64,000 nt of DNA from Candidatus Merdicola faecigallinarum (GTDB taxonomy: Bacteria > Bacillota > Clostridia > TANB77 > CAG-508). The notes below the pieces were generated by a model. That model worked only from the letters and a program-made list of their open reading frames with translations, was not told the DNA's origin and did not search any database. A program made the position numbers and the translations under genes. The stretch spans positions 1,277-65,276 of the forward strand of contig DVNH01000006.1 in NCBI GenBank assembly GCA_018714565.1, read 5' to 3'. This document shows positions 9,151 through 18,786 of this stretch, in pieces; positions within the stretch are counted from its first letter, which is position 1; the number at the start of each line of letters is the position of its first letter.

Positions 9151-10042
9151 TTATACTTTTAGCTTTTTTATGTCTTTTAATTCAGCATATAATTTGTTAA
9201 TAATATTGGTTCGAGTGTCTAAAGCTTGTTTGTATTGCAGTAAAATAGAAGAATAATTTTCAAAAGTTTCTCCTTCTGTAAATAACATCTTCATACCCTC
9301 TTTATAATAATTCTGCTTTGATTCGGATTTGGAAGAAGTTGCTTTTTGATTGTATTTATCAACTGTTTCTAAACGTTTAATTTGCTCTTTAATGTAATCA
9401 ATGTAATTATAAGTACAGGAAATTTCATAAAGAGTATCATCAATAACAACGCGAATAAGAGCTTTTACAATACGTGGATTATTTTTTCCGTTATGAGCAT
9501 TTTCGATTAAAATCTTTAAAGTGTCGGTAACACCAATATGAGTTTTATATTGTCTTTTGCTAACGATAGCATCATATTCATCTGCCACTCGAATAATTTG
9601 TGCTTCATATGGAATTGCGAACCCCTTTAATCCGATCTGGATATCCAGTTCCATTTAATGCCTCATGATGACATCTTGGACCAATTGCATAAGGTCTTAA
9701 TTTATCATCATTCAAACACATTTTATATCCAATTGTAGTGTGAGTTTTCATTGTTTCATATTCTTCATCTGTTAATCTAGATGGTTTTTGTAAAATACTT
9801 GGAGGAATAAACATTTTTCCAATATCATGAAGAAAAGCACAAATCGTACAATAAGTAGTAAAGTCTTTTTTACAATGCAGATATTCACATAATCTACAAG
9901 TAATACTTGCTACATTTTCAGAGTGTTTTCTTGTAAAAAGATCTAAAGAATCTAACATATTTAATTGATATCTCATACTAGAATCCAAATTATATGATTT
10001 TAAAACCGTTTTATCATAAAAATCAAATTTTTGCTCAAACAT
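9151..10042 (-). pseudogene. HD-GYP domain paralog interrupted by a +1 frameshift (pseudogene or sequencing error)
   Basis: Two ORFs (9605-10042 and 9151-9654) together are collinear with the neighbouring 312-aa paralog. The coding strand reads CCA GAT C GGA TTA AAG. Removing the C (plus-strand position 9634) restores ...GYPDGLKGFAIPYEAQIIRVADEYD. Confidence 0.85.
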
Positions 10043-10197
10043 TATTTTTCTCCTTTGTAAAATCTAAATTTATCATACCACGAAATAAAACAAAGTTCAA
10101 CCGATATTTCCCCTCTTTTTCGTCTAAATTTGTTGATTTATCTTTTATTTTAAGATATGATAAAAAAAGTACAAAAAGAAAAAAAGGTGATCAAAAG

Positions 10198-13100
10198 ATG
10201 TATTTAAAAAGATTAGAATTACAAGGATTTAAATCCTTTGCAGATAAAACCACATTAGACTTTATGCCAGGGATAACAGCTGTTATTGGTCCAAATGGTT
10301 CTGGGAAAAGTAATATTTCAGATAGTATTCGCTGGGTATTAGGAGAGCAAAGCATGAAGTCATTAAGAGGCTCAAAATCCGAAGATATTATTTTTGCAGG
10401 AACACAAAATAGAAAATCTTTAGGATTTGCAGAAGCTTCTCTTATTTTTGATAACCAGGATGGAAAACTACCAATTGAATATAAAGAAGTAATTGTAACA
10501 AGAAGGATTTATCGTAGTGGAGAATCTGGTTATTATATTAATAAAGTGCCTTGCCGTTTAAAAGATATTCTAGAATTATTTATGGATACTGGAATTGGAA
10601 AAGATGGTTATTCTATTATTGGACAAGGAAAGATTGATGAAATTTTAAGTAATAAATCGGAAGATAGAAGACATATTTTTGAAGAAGCAGCAGGAATTGT
10701 AAAATATAGAGCAAGGAAAGAAGAATCAGAGAAAAAATTAGAACATACGAAATTAAATTTATTAAGAATTAATGACATTATTTCTGAAATAGAAGCAAAT
10801 ATTGAGCCACTAAAATTACAGTCAGAAAAAGCAAAAAAATTCTTAGAATTAAGAGAAGAATTAAAACATATAGAAATTGGTTTATTTATTGAACAAATTG
10901 AAAGTAATAAAGCTAAAATTGAAAATATGATAAAAGACATCGAAACAATGAATTTCTCTTATGAGGAAGAACAAGGAAGACAGCAAAGTCAGACAGCAAA
11001 AAAAGATAATTTAAAAGCAAAAATGGATGCTTTAATGGAAGAAATAGAAAAAATCCAAAACATAGGCTTTGAAAGTAGCAATAAAATAGAAAAAATTAAT
11101 TCAGAAATAAATGTAGCAAGTCAAAAGATTTTAAATCATACCGAAAATCATACTCGATATGAAAAAGAGATTGAAGAATTGAAAGCTAAAATAAAATTGC
11201 TGGAAGATGAGAAAAAACAAAAGTTAGCAAAGAAAGAAAATCTATATCAGAACAAAGAGAAGTTTGAAAAAGAATTAAAAGAGAAAGAAGAAGAAAAGAG
11301 AAAATTAACAGAAAAATTATCAGTAAAGCAATTAGAAATTGAAGAGAAAAAGCAAAAAGTGTTGGATAATATTGACAAAAAATATGAAATTCAAAGTGAA
11401 ATTCAGGCACAAGAACTTACTTATGGAAATTTAGAAAAAAGAGAAAAAGCAATTCAATTTGAAATGCAAACCACAATTTCTGAACTAGATGGATCACGTA
11501 TGAGAAAGTCTGATATTTCTCAAGAATTTACGAAAATAGAAAGTGATAGAAATCAAATTACCAATTCTTTAACGAAAATAAAAGAAGAAAAATCAAAGCA
11601 AAATGAGATTTTGCAAGGTTATGAAAAAAAGATTAACCAAATGAAAGACCAAATTCGAATGAAGGAATCAAGGTTAAGATTTTTACAAGAAACAGAAAAA
11701 GAAAAAGAGGGATATACCAAAAGTGTAAAAGCTTTATTAAATGACTGCGAAAAAATAAAAGAATTAGGAAAAGGAATGCATGGTGTACTTGCCAATATCT
11801 TATCCGTTCCAGCAAAGTATGAAACTGCAATTGAGATGTGCTTAGGAGCAGGTTTACAAAATATTGTAACCGATTCAGAAGAAGAAGCCAAAAGATTAGT
11901 ACAGCACTTAAGAACTCATAATTTAGGAAGAGCTTCTTTTTTACCAATTACCTCTGTAAAAGGAAAAAAATTAGATCGAATTGATAGCAAAGGAATTTCT
12001 GGAGTAATAGGAATTGCTTCTGATTTAGTTCAGTACCAAAAACAATATGATGGAATTATGCAAAATTTATTGGGAAGAACAGTAATCGTAGAAGATATGG
12101 ATACAGGAATAGCTCTTGCTAAAAAAAATAAATATGCTTTTCGTATTGTAACAATAAAAGGAGATATCATTAATGCGTCTGGAGCAATCACAGGAGGATC
12201 TGTGGTACAAAAAACAGTTAATATTTTAGGAAGAAGTAGAGAAATTGAAGAACTAGAAAAAGAAATTACTGTATTAAAAGAAAATTTAGAGAAAGAAGAA
12301 AAAAATCAAGAAAAATATCTAGAAGAGATAGAAGATATTCTAGAAGCAGCAGAATCTTTAGAAAGACAGTTACAAGAAATTGATGTTACTTATGCAACAG
12401 AAAAGCAAAAATTAATTGCGGTAGAAGAAAATGTAGTAAAATTAGAAAATCGATTTGCAAAAATAAAATTAGAATTACAAGAAATTCAAAAACAAAAAGA
12501 AGTATCAATGAAAGAAAAAGAAATTGCAGAGCAAAATATACAAGAACTAAATAAGCAGACAGAAGAATTAAATAGACAGATTGAAGAATTTACTTCCCTA
12601 CATCAAGATGATCAAACAAATTTAGATAATTTGAATTTAGATATTACAAACTTAAAAATTTCAGTCTCTTCTTTTGAAGAAAGTGAAAGTTCTATTCGTG
12701 AAATGGAAGAAATGTTAGAACAGGATATCCAAAATAGTAAAAATAGTATTACAAATAAAGAAAAGCAGATATTACAAATGGAACAAGAAAAAGAAGAATT
12801 GGAAAAACAAATTGTTGATAACCGAAAAGAAATTGAGAGAATAAAAAATGAGGTACAATTAAGTGGAAGTAAAGTGGAAGAACTAAAGAAAAATAGAATT
12901 CAAACCAATCAAGAGATTAATCAATTAGAAGAAGAAATCACAAGTCAATTTAAGAAATTAGAAGAAATTAAAGAACAGATAGTAAAAATAGATGCTAAAA
13001 AAGCTAAAATGGAACAAGAAATGGAAGAAATGATTAATCAAATGTGGGAAGAATATGAGGTAACTCCAAACAATGCAAAAGAGTATGAAAGACCACAAAA

Positions 13101-13746
13101 TATTAATTTAGCACAAAAACAAGTAAATGGTTTAAAAGGTCAAATAAGAGAATTAGGAAGTATTAATATTGATTCGATTGAAGAATATAAACAAACCAAA
13201 GAACGTTATGATTTTATGTGTGAACAAAGATTAGATTTAGAAAATGCAATAACAAAACTAAAAAAAGTAATTCATGATATGACAAATACAATGCAAGAGC
13301 AATTTAAAGAGAAATTTAAACAAATTAATCATAACTTTAATGAGGTATTTAAAGAATTATTTGGTGGGGGAAAAGCAGAATTAATTTTAACAGATGAGAG
13401 TAATATTCTAGAATGTGGAATTGATATTCAGGTGCAACCACCAGGAAAAAAATTACAAAACATGACATTGTTATCTGGAGGAGAAAAAGCATTTACTGCA
13501 ATTGCAATTTTATTTGCGATCCTAAAAATTAATCCAGCGCCATTTTGTGTATTAGATGAGATTGAAGCGGCATTAGACGATGTAAATGTATATCGCTATG
13601 CAGAATATCTAAAAAAATTTGCAAGAGAGACTCAATTTTTAATTATTACCCATAGAAAAGGAACCATGGAGGCAGCAGATACCGTATACGGAGTAACAAT
13701 GGAGGAAAATGGAATTAGTAAATTACTATCAATGAAACTAAAATAA
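10198..13746 (+). CDS. smc: Chromosome partition protein SMC
   Basis: It starts MYLKRLELQGFKSFADKT at the ATG at 10198; the track ORF is extended upstream through non-coding sequence. It has the Walker A motif GPNGSGKSN, long coiled coils, a hinge, and C-terminal LSGGEK and VLDEIEAALD. Confidence 0.95.
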   Translation: MYLKRLELQGFKSFADKTTLDFMPGITAVIGPNGSGKSNISDSIRWVLGEQSMKSLRGSKSEDIIFAGTQNRKSLGFAEASLIFDNQDGKLPIEYKEVIVTRRIYRSGESGYYINKVPCRLKDILELFMDTGIGKDGYSIIGQGKIDEILSNKSEDRRHIFEEAAGIVKYRARKEESEKKLEHTKLNLLRINDIISEIEANIEPLKLQSEKAKKFLELREELKHIEIGLFIEQIESNKAKIENMIKDIETMNFSYEEEQGRQQSQTAKKDNLKAKMDALMEEIEKIQNIGFESSNKIEKINSEINVASQKILNHTENHTRYEKEIEELKAKIKLLEDEKKQKLAKKENLYQNKEKFEKELKEKEEEKRKLTEKLSVKQLEIEEKKQKVLDNIDKKYEIQSEIQAQELTYGNLEKREKAIQFEMQTTISELDGSRMRKSDISQEFTKIESDRNQITNSLTKIKEEKSKQNEILQGYEKKINQMKDQIRMKESRLRFLQETEKEKEGYTKSVKALLNDCEKIKELGKGMHGVLANILSVPAKYETAIEMCLGAGLQNIVTDSEEEAKRLVQHLRTHNLGRASFLPITSVKGKKLDRIDSKGISGVIGIASDLVQYQKQYDGIMQNLLGRTVIVEDMDTGIALAKKNKYAFRIVTIKGDIINASGAITGGSVVQKTVNILGRSREIEELEKEITVLKENLEKEEKNQEKYLEEIEDILEAAESLERQLQEIDVTYATEKQKLIAVEENVVKLENRFAKIKLELQEIQKQKEVSMKEKEIAEQNIQELNKQTEELNRQIEEFTSLHQDDQTNLDNLNLDITNLKISVSSFEESESSIREMEEMLEQDIQNSKNSITNKEKQILQMEQEKEELEKQIVDNRKEIERIKNEVQLSGSKVEELKKNRIQTNQEINQLEEEITSQFKKLEEIKEQIVKIDAKKAKMEQEMEEMINQMWEEYEVTPNNAKEYERPQNINLAQKQVNGLKGQIRELGSINIDSIEEYKQTKERYDFMCEQRLDLENAITKLKKVIHDMTNTMQEQFKEKFKQINHNFNEVFKELFGGGKAELILTDESNILECGIDIQVQPPGKKLQNMTLLSGGEKAFTAIAILFAILKINPAPFCVLDEIEAALDDVNVYRYAEYLKKFARETQFLIITHRKGTMEAADTVYGVTMEENGISKLLSMKLK

Positions 13747-13765
13747 TGAATTCAAAAAACAAAAA

Positions 13766-13786
13766 GGGCCGTCAGAATGACGGCTC
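13766..13786. terminator. GC-rich hairpin terminator shared by smc (+) and the convergent small gene (-)
   Basis: GGGCCGTCA-GAA-TGACGGCTC. It has a long A-run on the left (a U-run for the minus-strand transcript) and a weaker T-rich tail on the right. Confidence 0.75.
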
Positions 13787-13818
13787 TCTTTGCTGGAAAA
13801 AAATCCACTGCCCATCGT

Positions 13819-14034
13819 TTAGGCATCCAGGCAGGACTGCGTGATTGCTTTGATAACAAGAACATACTCGTCGAGTGTTTTTACAAAGTACTCACCATTA
13901 CGGGCTTTGCTTTTTTCTACACCATGTTTCCGCAAAATGCTAATGGCGCTTTCATAGCCCTTTGTGGTTCTGAAAATGAACTCAGAAGAGATTCTTTCCT
14001 CTTTACAACTGAAACGCAGATAATAATTTTCCAT
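13819..14034 (-). CDS. Hypothetical 71-aa protein
   Basis: A strong SD (AAGGAGGT) lies 7 nt upstream of the ATG at 14034. G+C is visibly higher than in the surroundings. I recognised no family. Confidence 0.55.
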   Translation of the reverse strand: MENYYLRFSCKEERISSEFIFRTTKGYESAISILRKHGVEKSKARNGEYFVKTLDEYVLVIKAITQSCLDA

Positions 14035-14103
14035 ATTTTTGTACCTCCTTGGTGTTTTTCAGCTTATATTATATCACAGAGTTACATAACTTTCAAATTT
14101 TGA

Positions 14104-14769
14104 CTAAAAGAAGAATCTAAGAATTCCTATTAAGATAAGCAAGGATCCAGATAAAATATTCCAAAAGGTATCTGGAATAGAATAAGTACTTACTATTTTT
14201 CGTCCTAGAAAAGTTCCAAAAGATAGAAATAAAAGTTGAAAGCTAGAAACGATAAATGGAAAAAGAAAAGTAGAGATTCCAAGCATGCTACTTCCAATTC
14301 CAATACAAAGAGAGTCTATAGAAAGAGCAAAACCTAGATATAATGCTTCTTTACTATCAATACGGTGAGACTGATCAAGATCGGAAGAAATAGGATCACG
14401 AATAATTTGAATGGTAATACCAAAAGATTTTAAGAAAAATTGATAGGTCTTTTGAATGGAAGGAACTTTGGAAAATGAGTGAGGGGAGATGGAATCATTT
14501 TTTCCTTTTTTGATAAGTGTTTCATAAATAATAAAACATCCCATACCAATTAATAAAAAAGTTCCGATTAGATTGGTAATATAAGCTGGAAAGATACGAA
14601 GAAAAAGACTACCAATACAAATGGAAAGCATTGTAATACAAAAAGAAATAAAAAACAAAATGATTTTAGCAATCAGCGAGATCTTTGTTTTTCGAACCCC
14701 ATAAGTAATTCCAATTCCGAACGAATCAATACTAGAAGAAATGGCGAGACCTAAAATTTGTATTAACAT
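14104..14769 (-). CDS. ytaF: Sporulation membrane protein YtaF (MntP-like family)
   Basis: 221 aa and polytopic. The N-terminus LGLAISSSIDSFGIGITYG and the repeated ALSIDSLCIGIG motif are typical of YtaF. Confidence 0.75.
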   Translation of the reverse strand: MLIQILGLAISSSIDSFGIGITYGVRKTKISLIAKIILFFISFCITMLSICIGSLFLRIFPAYITNLIGTFLLIGMGCFIIYETLIKKGKNDSISPHSFSKVPSIQKTYQFFLKSFGITIQIIRDPISSDLDQSHRIDSKEALYLGFALSIDSLCIGIGSSMLGISTFLFPFIVSSFQLLFLSFGTFLGRKIVSTYSIPDTFWNILSGSLLILIGILRFFF

Positions 14770-14889
14770 AAAGCGTCACCTCTTTATATTATATGGAATA
14801 AAAAAAATAAAGTTATTGAAAAGAAAATAATCATAATTTAAAAATGCCTACATATACATTAGTATAACTTGTACAAAGGAGGATTGGAT

Positions 14890-17514
14890 ATGTGGCATAC
14901 GAAAAGTGCAGAAGAGGTAATAAAAGAACTAAAGAGCAATTGGAATTTAGGATTAAGTAAGGAAAATGTGGATATAAGAAGGCAGGAATTTGGTTTCAAT
15001 AAATTAAAAGAAAAACCAAAAGAAAAATTATGGGTAAAGTTTCTAAAGCAGTTCCAAGATTTTATGATTTTGATTTTAATTATTGCCTCCATTATTTCGG
15101 CAGTTGTTAGTTACATAGAAGGAAGTCACGATTACTTTGATTCGATTATTATTATTGCAATTGTAGTATTAAATGCAATTATGGGATTAATTCAAGAAGC
15201 AAAAGCAGAAAAGTCTTTAGAGGCATTGAAAAAAATGTCTGCTCCAGTAGCAAAAGTAAGAAGAAATGGAAATATAGAAATAATAAAAGGGGAGGAAATT
15301 GTTCCGGGAGATATTATTTTATTAGAGGCAGGAAACTATGTACCGGCGGATTGTAGACTTTTAAAAACTTGTGAATTAAAGATAGAAGAATCTAGTTTAA
15401 CAGGAGAAACGAATGGCGTATCAAAAGATGCGAATGCAATTTTAGGAGAGAAATGTTCAATTGGAGATATGATAAATACTGCATTTGGAAGCACGATTGT
15501 AATAGAAGGACATGGAGAAGGAATTGTAACAGAAATTGGAATGGAAACGAAGGTTGGAAGAATTGCTAATATGATCATGACAAATGAAACTCCACAAACT
15601 CCAATTCAAAAAAAGTTAGAAGAAGTTGGAAAGATATTAGGATGGGCATGCTTAGGAATCTGCATTTTTATATTCTTTATAGGTCTTTTAAAACAGATTA
15701 CTCCACTTGAAATGTTTATGACTTCAGTGGGACTTGCTGTAGCTGCTATTCCAGAAGGACTTCCAGCAATTGTGACAATTATGCTGTCCATTGGTGTAAC
15801 AAAGATGGCAAAGAAAAATGCAATTATTCGAAGACTTCCGGCAGTAGAAACACTAGGTAGCAGTCAAATTATTTGTTCAGATAAAACAGGTACATTAACG
15901 CAAAACAAAATGAAAGTACGAAAGATAACTGGAGATGAAAAAAAAGTATTAGAATTTGCAACCCTATGTACGAATTGTGAAGTAAATAAAGAAAATAAAA
16001 TAAATGGAGAAGCAACAGAAGTTTCAATTGCTCGTGCAGCTTTAGAAAAAGGAATACAAAGAAAAGAATTAGAAAAGAATTATCCAAGGGTGGAAGAGAT
16101 TCCTTTTGATTCAAAGAGAAAATTAATGACAACAATTCATCAATTGCCAAATGGGATGTTTCGTATTATTACAAAAGGAGCTCCCGATATCTTGCTAGAT
16201 TCTTGCCAAAAATATGAATATAATAAAAACATTTTTACACTAACAGAAAGTGAAAAAGAAAAGATAAAAAAGCAAAATATAAAAATGGCGGAAGAAGCGC
16301 TTAGAGTGTTAGCAGTTGCTTATCGAGATATAAAAGAAATACCAACAAAAATAGAAGCAAAGGGAATCGAAAGAGAATTGACATTTATAGGGTTAATTGG
16401 AATGATGGATCCGCCAAGAGAAGGGGTAAAAGAAGCAGTTGCAACTTGTAGAAGAGCAGGGATTAAAACAGTAATGATTACAGGGGATCATATTGTAACA
16501 GCAAAGGCAATTGCAAAAGAACTAGGAATTTTAAAAGAAAATGATATGGCAATATCAGGAAAAGAATTGGATCAAATGGATCAAAAATCATTGGAAAGAA
16601 ATATTGTGAAATATTCTGTATTTGCTAGAGTATCACCAGAACATAAAGTTAGAATTGTAACAGCATTTCAGAATATGGGAAAAGTAGTTGCAATGACAGG
16701 AGATGGGGTAAATGATGCTCCAGCACTAAAAAAGGCAGACATTGGAATTGCAATGGGAATTACCGGCACAGATGTAGCGAAAAATGCTGCTGACATGATA
16801 TTAACAGATGATAATTTTACTACAATTGTAGAAGCGGTAAAGCAAGGAAGAAATATTTTTGCTAATATAAAAAAAGCAATACATTTTTTAATTGCAACCA
16901 ATATAGGAGAAATTGTAACAATTTTAGTAGGCTTATTATTAGGAATGAAAACACCATTACTTGCAATTCAGTTATTATGGATTAATTTAGTTACAGATTC
17001 TTTACCTGCAATTGCATTAGGACTAGAACCATTTCAAAAGGAGCTTATGAATCATAAACCAAGAGATATAAAAGAAAGTGTTTTTGCAGATGGGTTATGG
17101 GGAAAAATTATATCGGAAGGAATGATGATAGGATTACTTACGATCATTACCTTTAGTATTGGAAATCATTTTTATGGAATAGAAGTAGCAAGAACAATGG
17201 CTTTTATTAGTTTAGGAATGATTGAATTAATTCATAGTTTTAATATAAAAAGTGAAGAATCCATTTTCAAAATTGGTATTTTTGAAAATAAATATTTATT
17301 GGGAGCATTTTTATTAGGAATGATTTTGCAAATAGGAATTTTATGGATTCCATCTTTTGCGAATATATTTAAACTAGTTCCTTTAAATCAAGTACAATGG
17401 ATATATACGATTCTTATTTCTTGTATGCCAGTTGTAATTATAGAGATACAGAAAAAAGTAAATGAACTTAGATTTGGAAAAGTAGTCTATGAATATAATA
17501 GAAGTAATCTTTAA
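14890..17514 (+). CDS. Cation-transporting P-type ATPase (Ca2+-ATPase-like, P2 type)
   Basis: It has the CSDKTGTLT phosphorylation motif, TGES, MITGD, TGDGVNDAPALKKADIG and 10 TM-like segments. The start is set to the ATG at 14890, after AAGGAGG. Confidence 0.92.
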   Translation: MWHTKSAEEVIKELKSNWNLGLSKENVDIRRQEFGFNKLKEKPKEKLWVKFLKQFQDFMILILIIASIISAVVSYIEGSHDYFDSIIIIAIVVLNAIMGLIQEAKAEKSLEALKKMSAPVAKVRRNGNIEIIKGEEIVPGDIILLEAGNYVPADCRLLKTCELKIEESSLTGETNGVSKDANAILGEKCSIGDMINTAFGSTIVIEGHGEGIVTEIGMETKVGRIANMIMTNETPQTPIQKKLEEVGKILGWACLGICIFIFFIGLLKQITPLEMFMTSVGLAVAAIPEGLPAIVTIMLSIGVTKMAKKNAIIRRLPAVETLGSSQIICSDKTGTLTQNKMKVRKITGDEKKVLEFATLCTNCEVNKENKINGEATEVSIARAALEKGIQRKELEKNYPRVEEIPFDSKRKLMTTIHQLPNGMFRIITKGAPDILLDSCQKYEYNKNIFTLTESEKEKIKKQNIKMAEEALRVLAVAYRDIKEIPTKIEAKGIERELTFIGLIGMMDPPREGVKEAVATCRRAGIKTVMITGDHIVTAKAIAKELGILKENDMAISGKELDQMDQKSLERNIVKYSVFARVSPEHKVRIVTAFQNMGKVVAMTGDGVNDAPALKKADIGIAMGITGTDVAKNAADMILTDDNFTTIVEAVKQGRNIFANIKKAIHFLIATNIGEIVTILVGLLLGMKTPLLAIQLLWINLVTDSLPAIALGLEPFQKELMNHKPRDIKESVFADGLWGKIISEGMMIGLLTIITFSIGNHFYGIEVARTMAFISLGMIELIHSFNIKSEESIFKIGIFENKYLLGAFLLGMILQIGILWIPSFANIFKLVPLNQVQWIYTILISCMPVVIIEIQKKVNELRFGKVVYEYNRSNL

Positions 17515-17598
17515 ACCATCTTGTACAAAAATATTGTTAAAGAATAATAAACTCTATTTATTTTATCAAGAGCAAGTGGGGGAAAAATGTAGATAAAA

Positions 17599-17631
17599 AA
17601 TAGGAAAGTAGATGTCTACTTTCCTATTTTT
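17599..17631. terminator. Bidirectional terminator between the ATPase gene and the surface protein gene
   Basis: AATAGGAAAGTAG-ATGT-CTACTTTCCTATT with A- and T-runs on either side. Confidence 0.8.
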
Positions 17632-17647
17632 GAGATATTAAATCGAA

Positions 17648-18604
17648 TTATTTGTCAATCGTGTGATATTTTTTATATCCATAGATTGCGATTGCTATTA
17701 AAGCAATGATAACAAAAAATATTGTAATTGTAGAACCTGCAGCAGGTAGAATTTTGTTAGGTAAAGTAGGATCTACATTAGGAGTATTAGAAGATGTATT
17801 AGTAGGATCTGTAGTATTTGTAGTATTGGCTGGAATATCTGGTTCTTCTGGTTTGGTTTGTGATTCGAAAGTATAAATCGCACGATCATAGATGGTATTA
17901 GGTGCAGTACGAGATGTTTGATCTAACTTAACCCATACTAAAAAATGTTCAGTACCCGTTAATGTTCCAGTATATTTTGCAATATTATTTTCTGCTACGA
18001 TCCAATTGCTTTCAACATAATTTGGGTAAAGTGCATAAATTGCTTCTTCTCTTTTATCTAGATCTGCCTGATATTGTTTCACAAGATCATTATAAGTAGT
18101 TACGGAATCGTTGTATTCTTTTTGTAATGTCTCATAAGCCTCTTTTAATTTTTCTGTTTCTGGAGCGTCGGGAGCAGACTCTAATGCTGCTTCATAAGCT
18201 TCACGTGCTTTTTGTACTTCATCTTTTTGAAGATCAAGAGCTTCTTTTTTCGTATTTAAGTTTTCTAAATATTCTTTACCTTTTGAGTTTAATTCTTCCA
18301 TCGATGTTTTGATGGTATTAAAAGTAGAGTCCTCTAGAGAGATAAATTGATAAGATAAAGTATAATTAGTACCAACTTTATCCTCATCAATAGTTATTTT
18401 AACTTCACCGTTTGTTGCATAATTTTGAAAAGAGATAACATTATCTGGATCATAATCAGCAGAGGTAGAAGTTAAATTAACATTTTGTGGAGCCTGTAAT
18501 GTAGAAAGCGATGTAAAAGAAGTTTCATCAGAAGCATATGTGGTTAGTGTAATTACAAAACTTAAAATAAAAATAATAAATAAAGACTTTTTTAATTTTT
18601 TCAT
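17648..18604 (-). CDS. Secreted, probably cell-wall-anchored protein with a coiled-coil region and an LPAAG-type sorting signal
   Basis: It has a signal peptide (MKKLKKSLFIIFILSFVITLTTYA). The C-terminus reads LPAAGSTITIFFVIIALIAIAIYGYKKYHTIDK, i.e. motif, hydrophobic stretch and basic tail. Confidence 0.75.
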   Translation of the reverse strand: MKKLKKSLFIIFILSFVITLTTYASDETSFTSLSTLQAPQNVNLTSTSADYDPDNVISFQNYATNGEVKITIDEDKVGTNYTLSYQFISLEDSTFNTIKTSMEELNSKGKEYLENLNTKKEALDLQKDEVQKAREAYEAALESAPDAPETEKLKEAYETLQKEYNDSVTTYNDLVKQYQADLDKREEAIYALYPNYVESNWIVAENNIAKYTGTLTGTEHFLVWVKLDQTSRTAPNTIYDRAIYTFESQTKPEEPDIPANTTNTTDPTNTSSNTPNVDPTLPNKILPAAGSTITIFFVIIALIAIAIYGYKKYHTIDK

Positions 18605-18786
18605 ATGTAATTCTCCTTAATTTGATTTTTTTTCATTATATAATGTCTATTTTAATCTGTAAATAGTTTTTGAATTTATTATATTTGTATTCATAAAATA
18701 AATTTCCCAATGCTTATTTTTAGACATTGGGAAACTAATAATAATGATTCATATTATAGTAGAAATTTGAATAGAGAAACAATATT

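Noticed and set aside
9994-10197. The 68-codon upstream extension of the smc ORF in the track
   Set aside because: The extension overlaps the start of the divergent HD-GYP gene and the promoter region, and has no SMC-like sequence. The canonical MYLKRLELQGFKSF start at the ATG at 10198 has an SD.
13777-14103. A 108-aa plus-strand ORF opposite the 71-aa gene
   Set aside because: It starts inside the smc terminator hairpin and has no SD. The minus-strand ORF has a perfect SD and a terminator, so I called that one instead.
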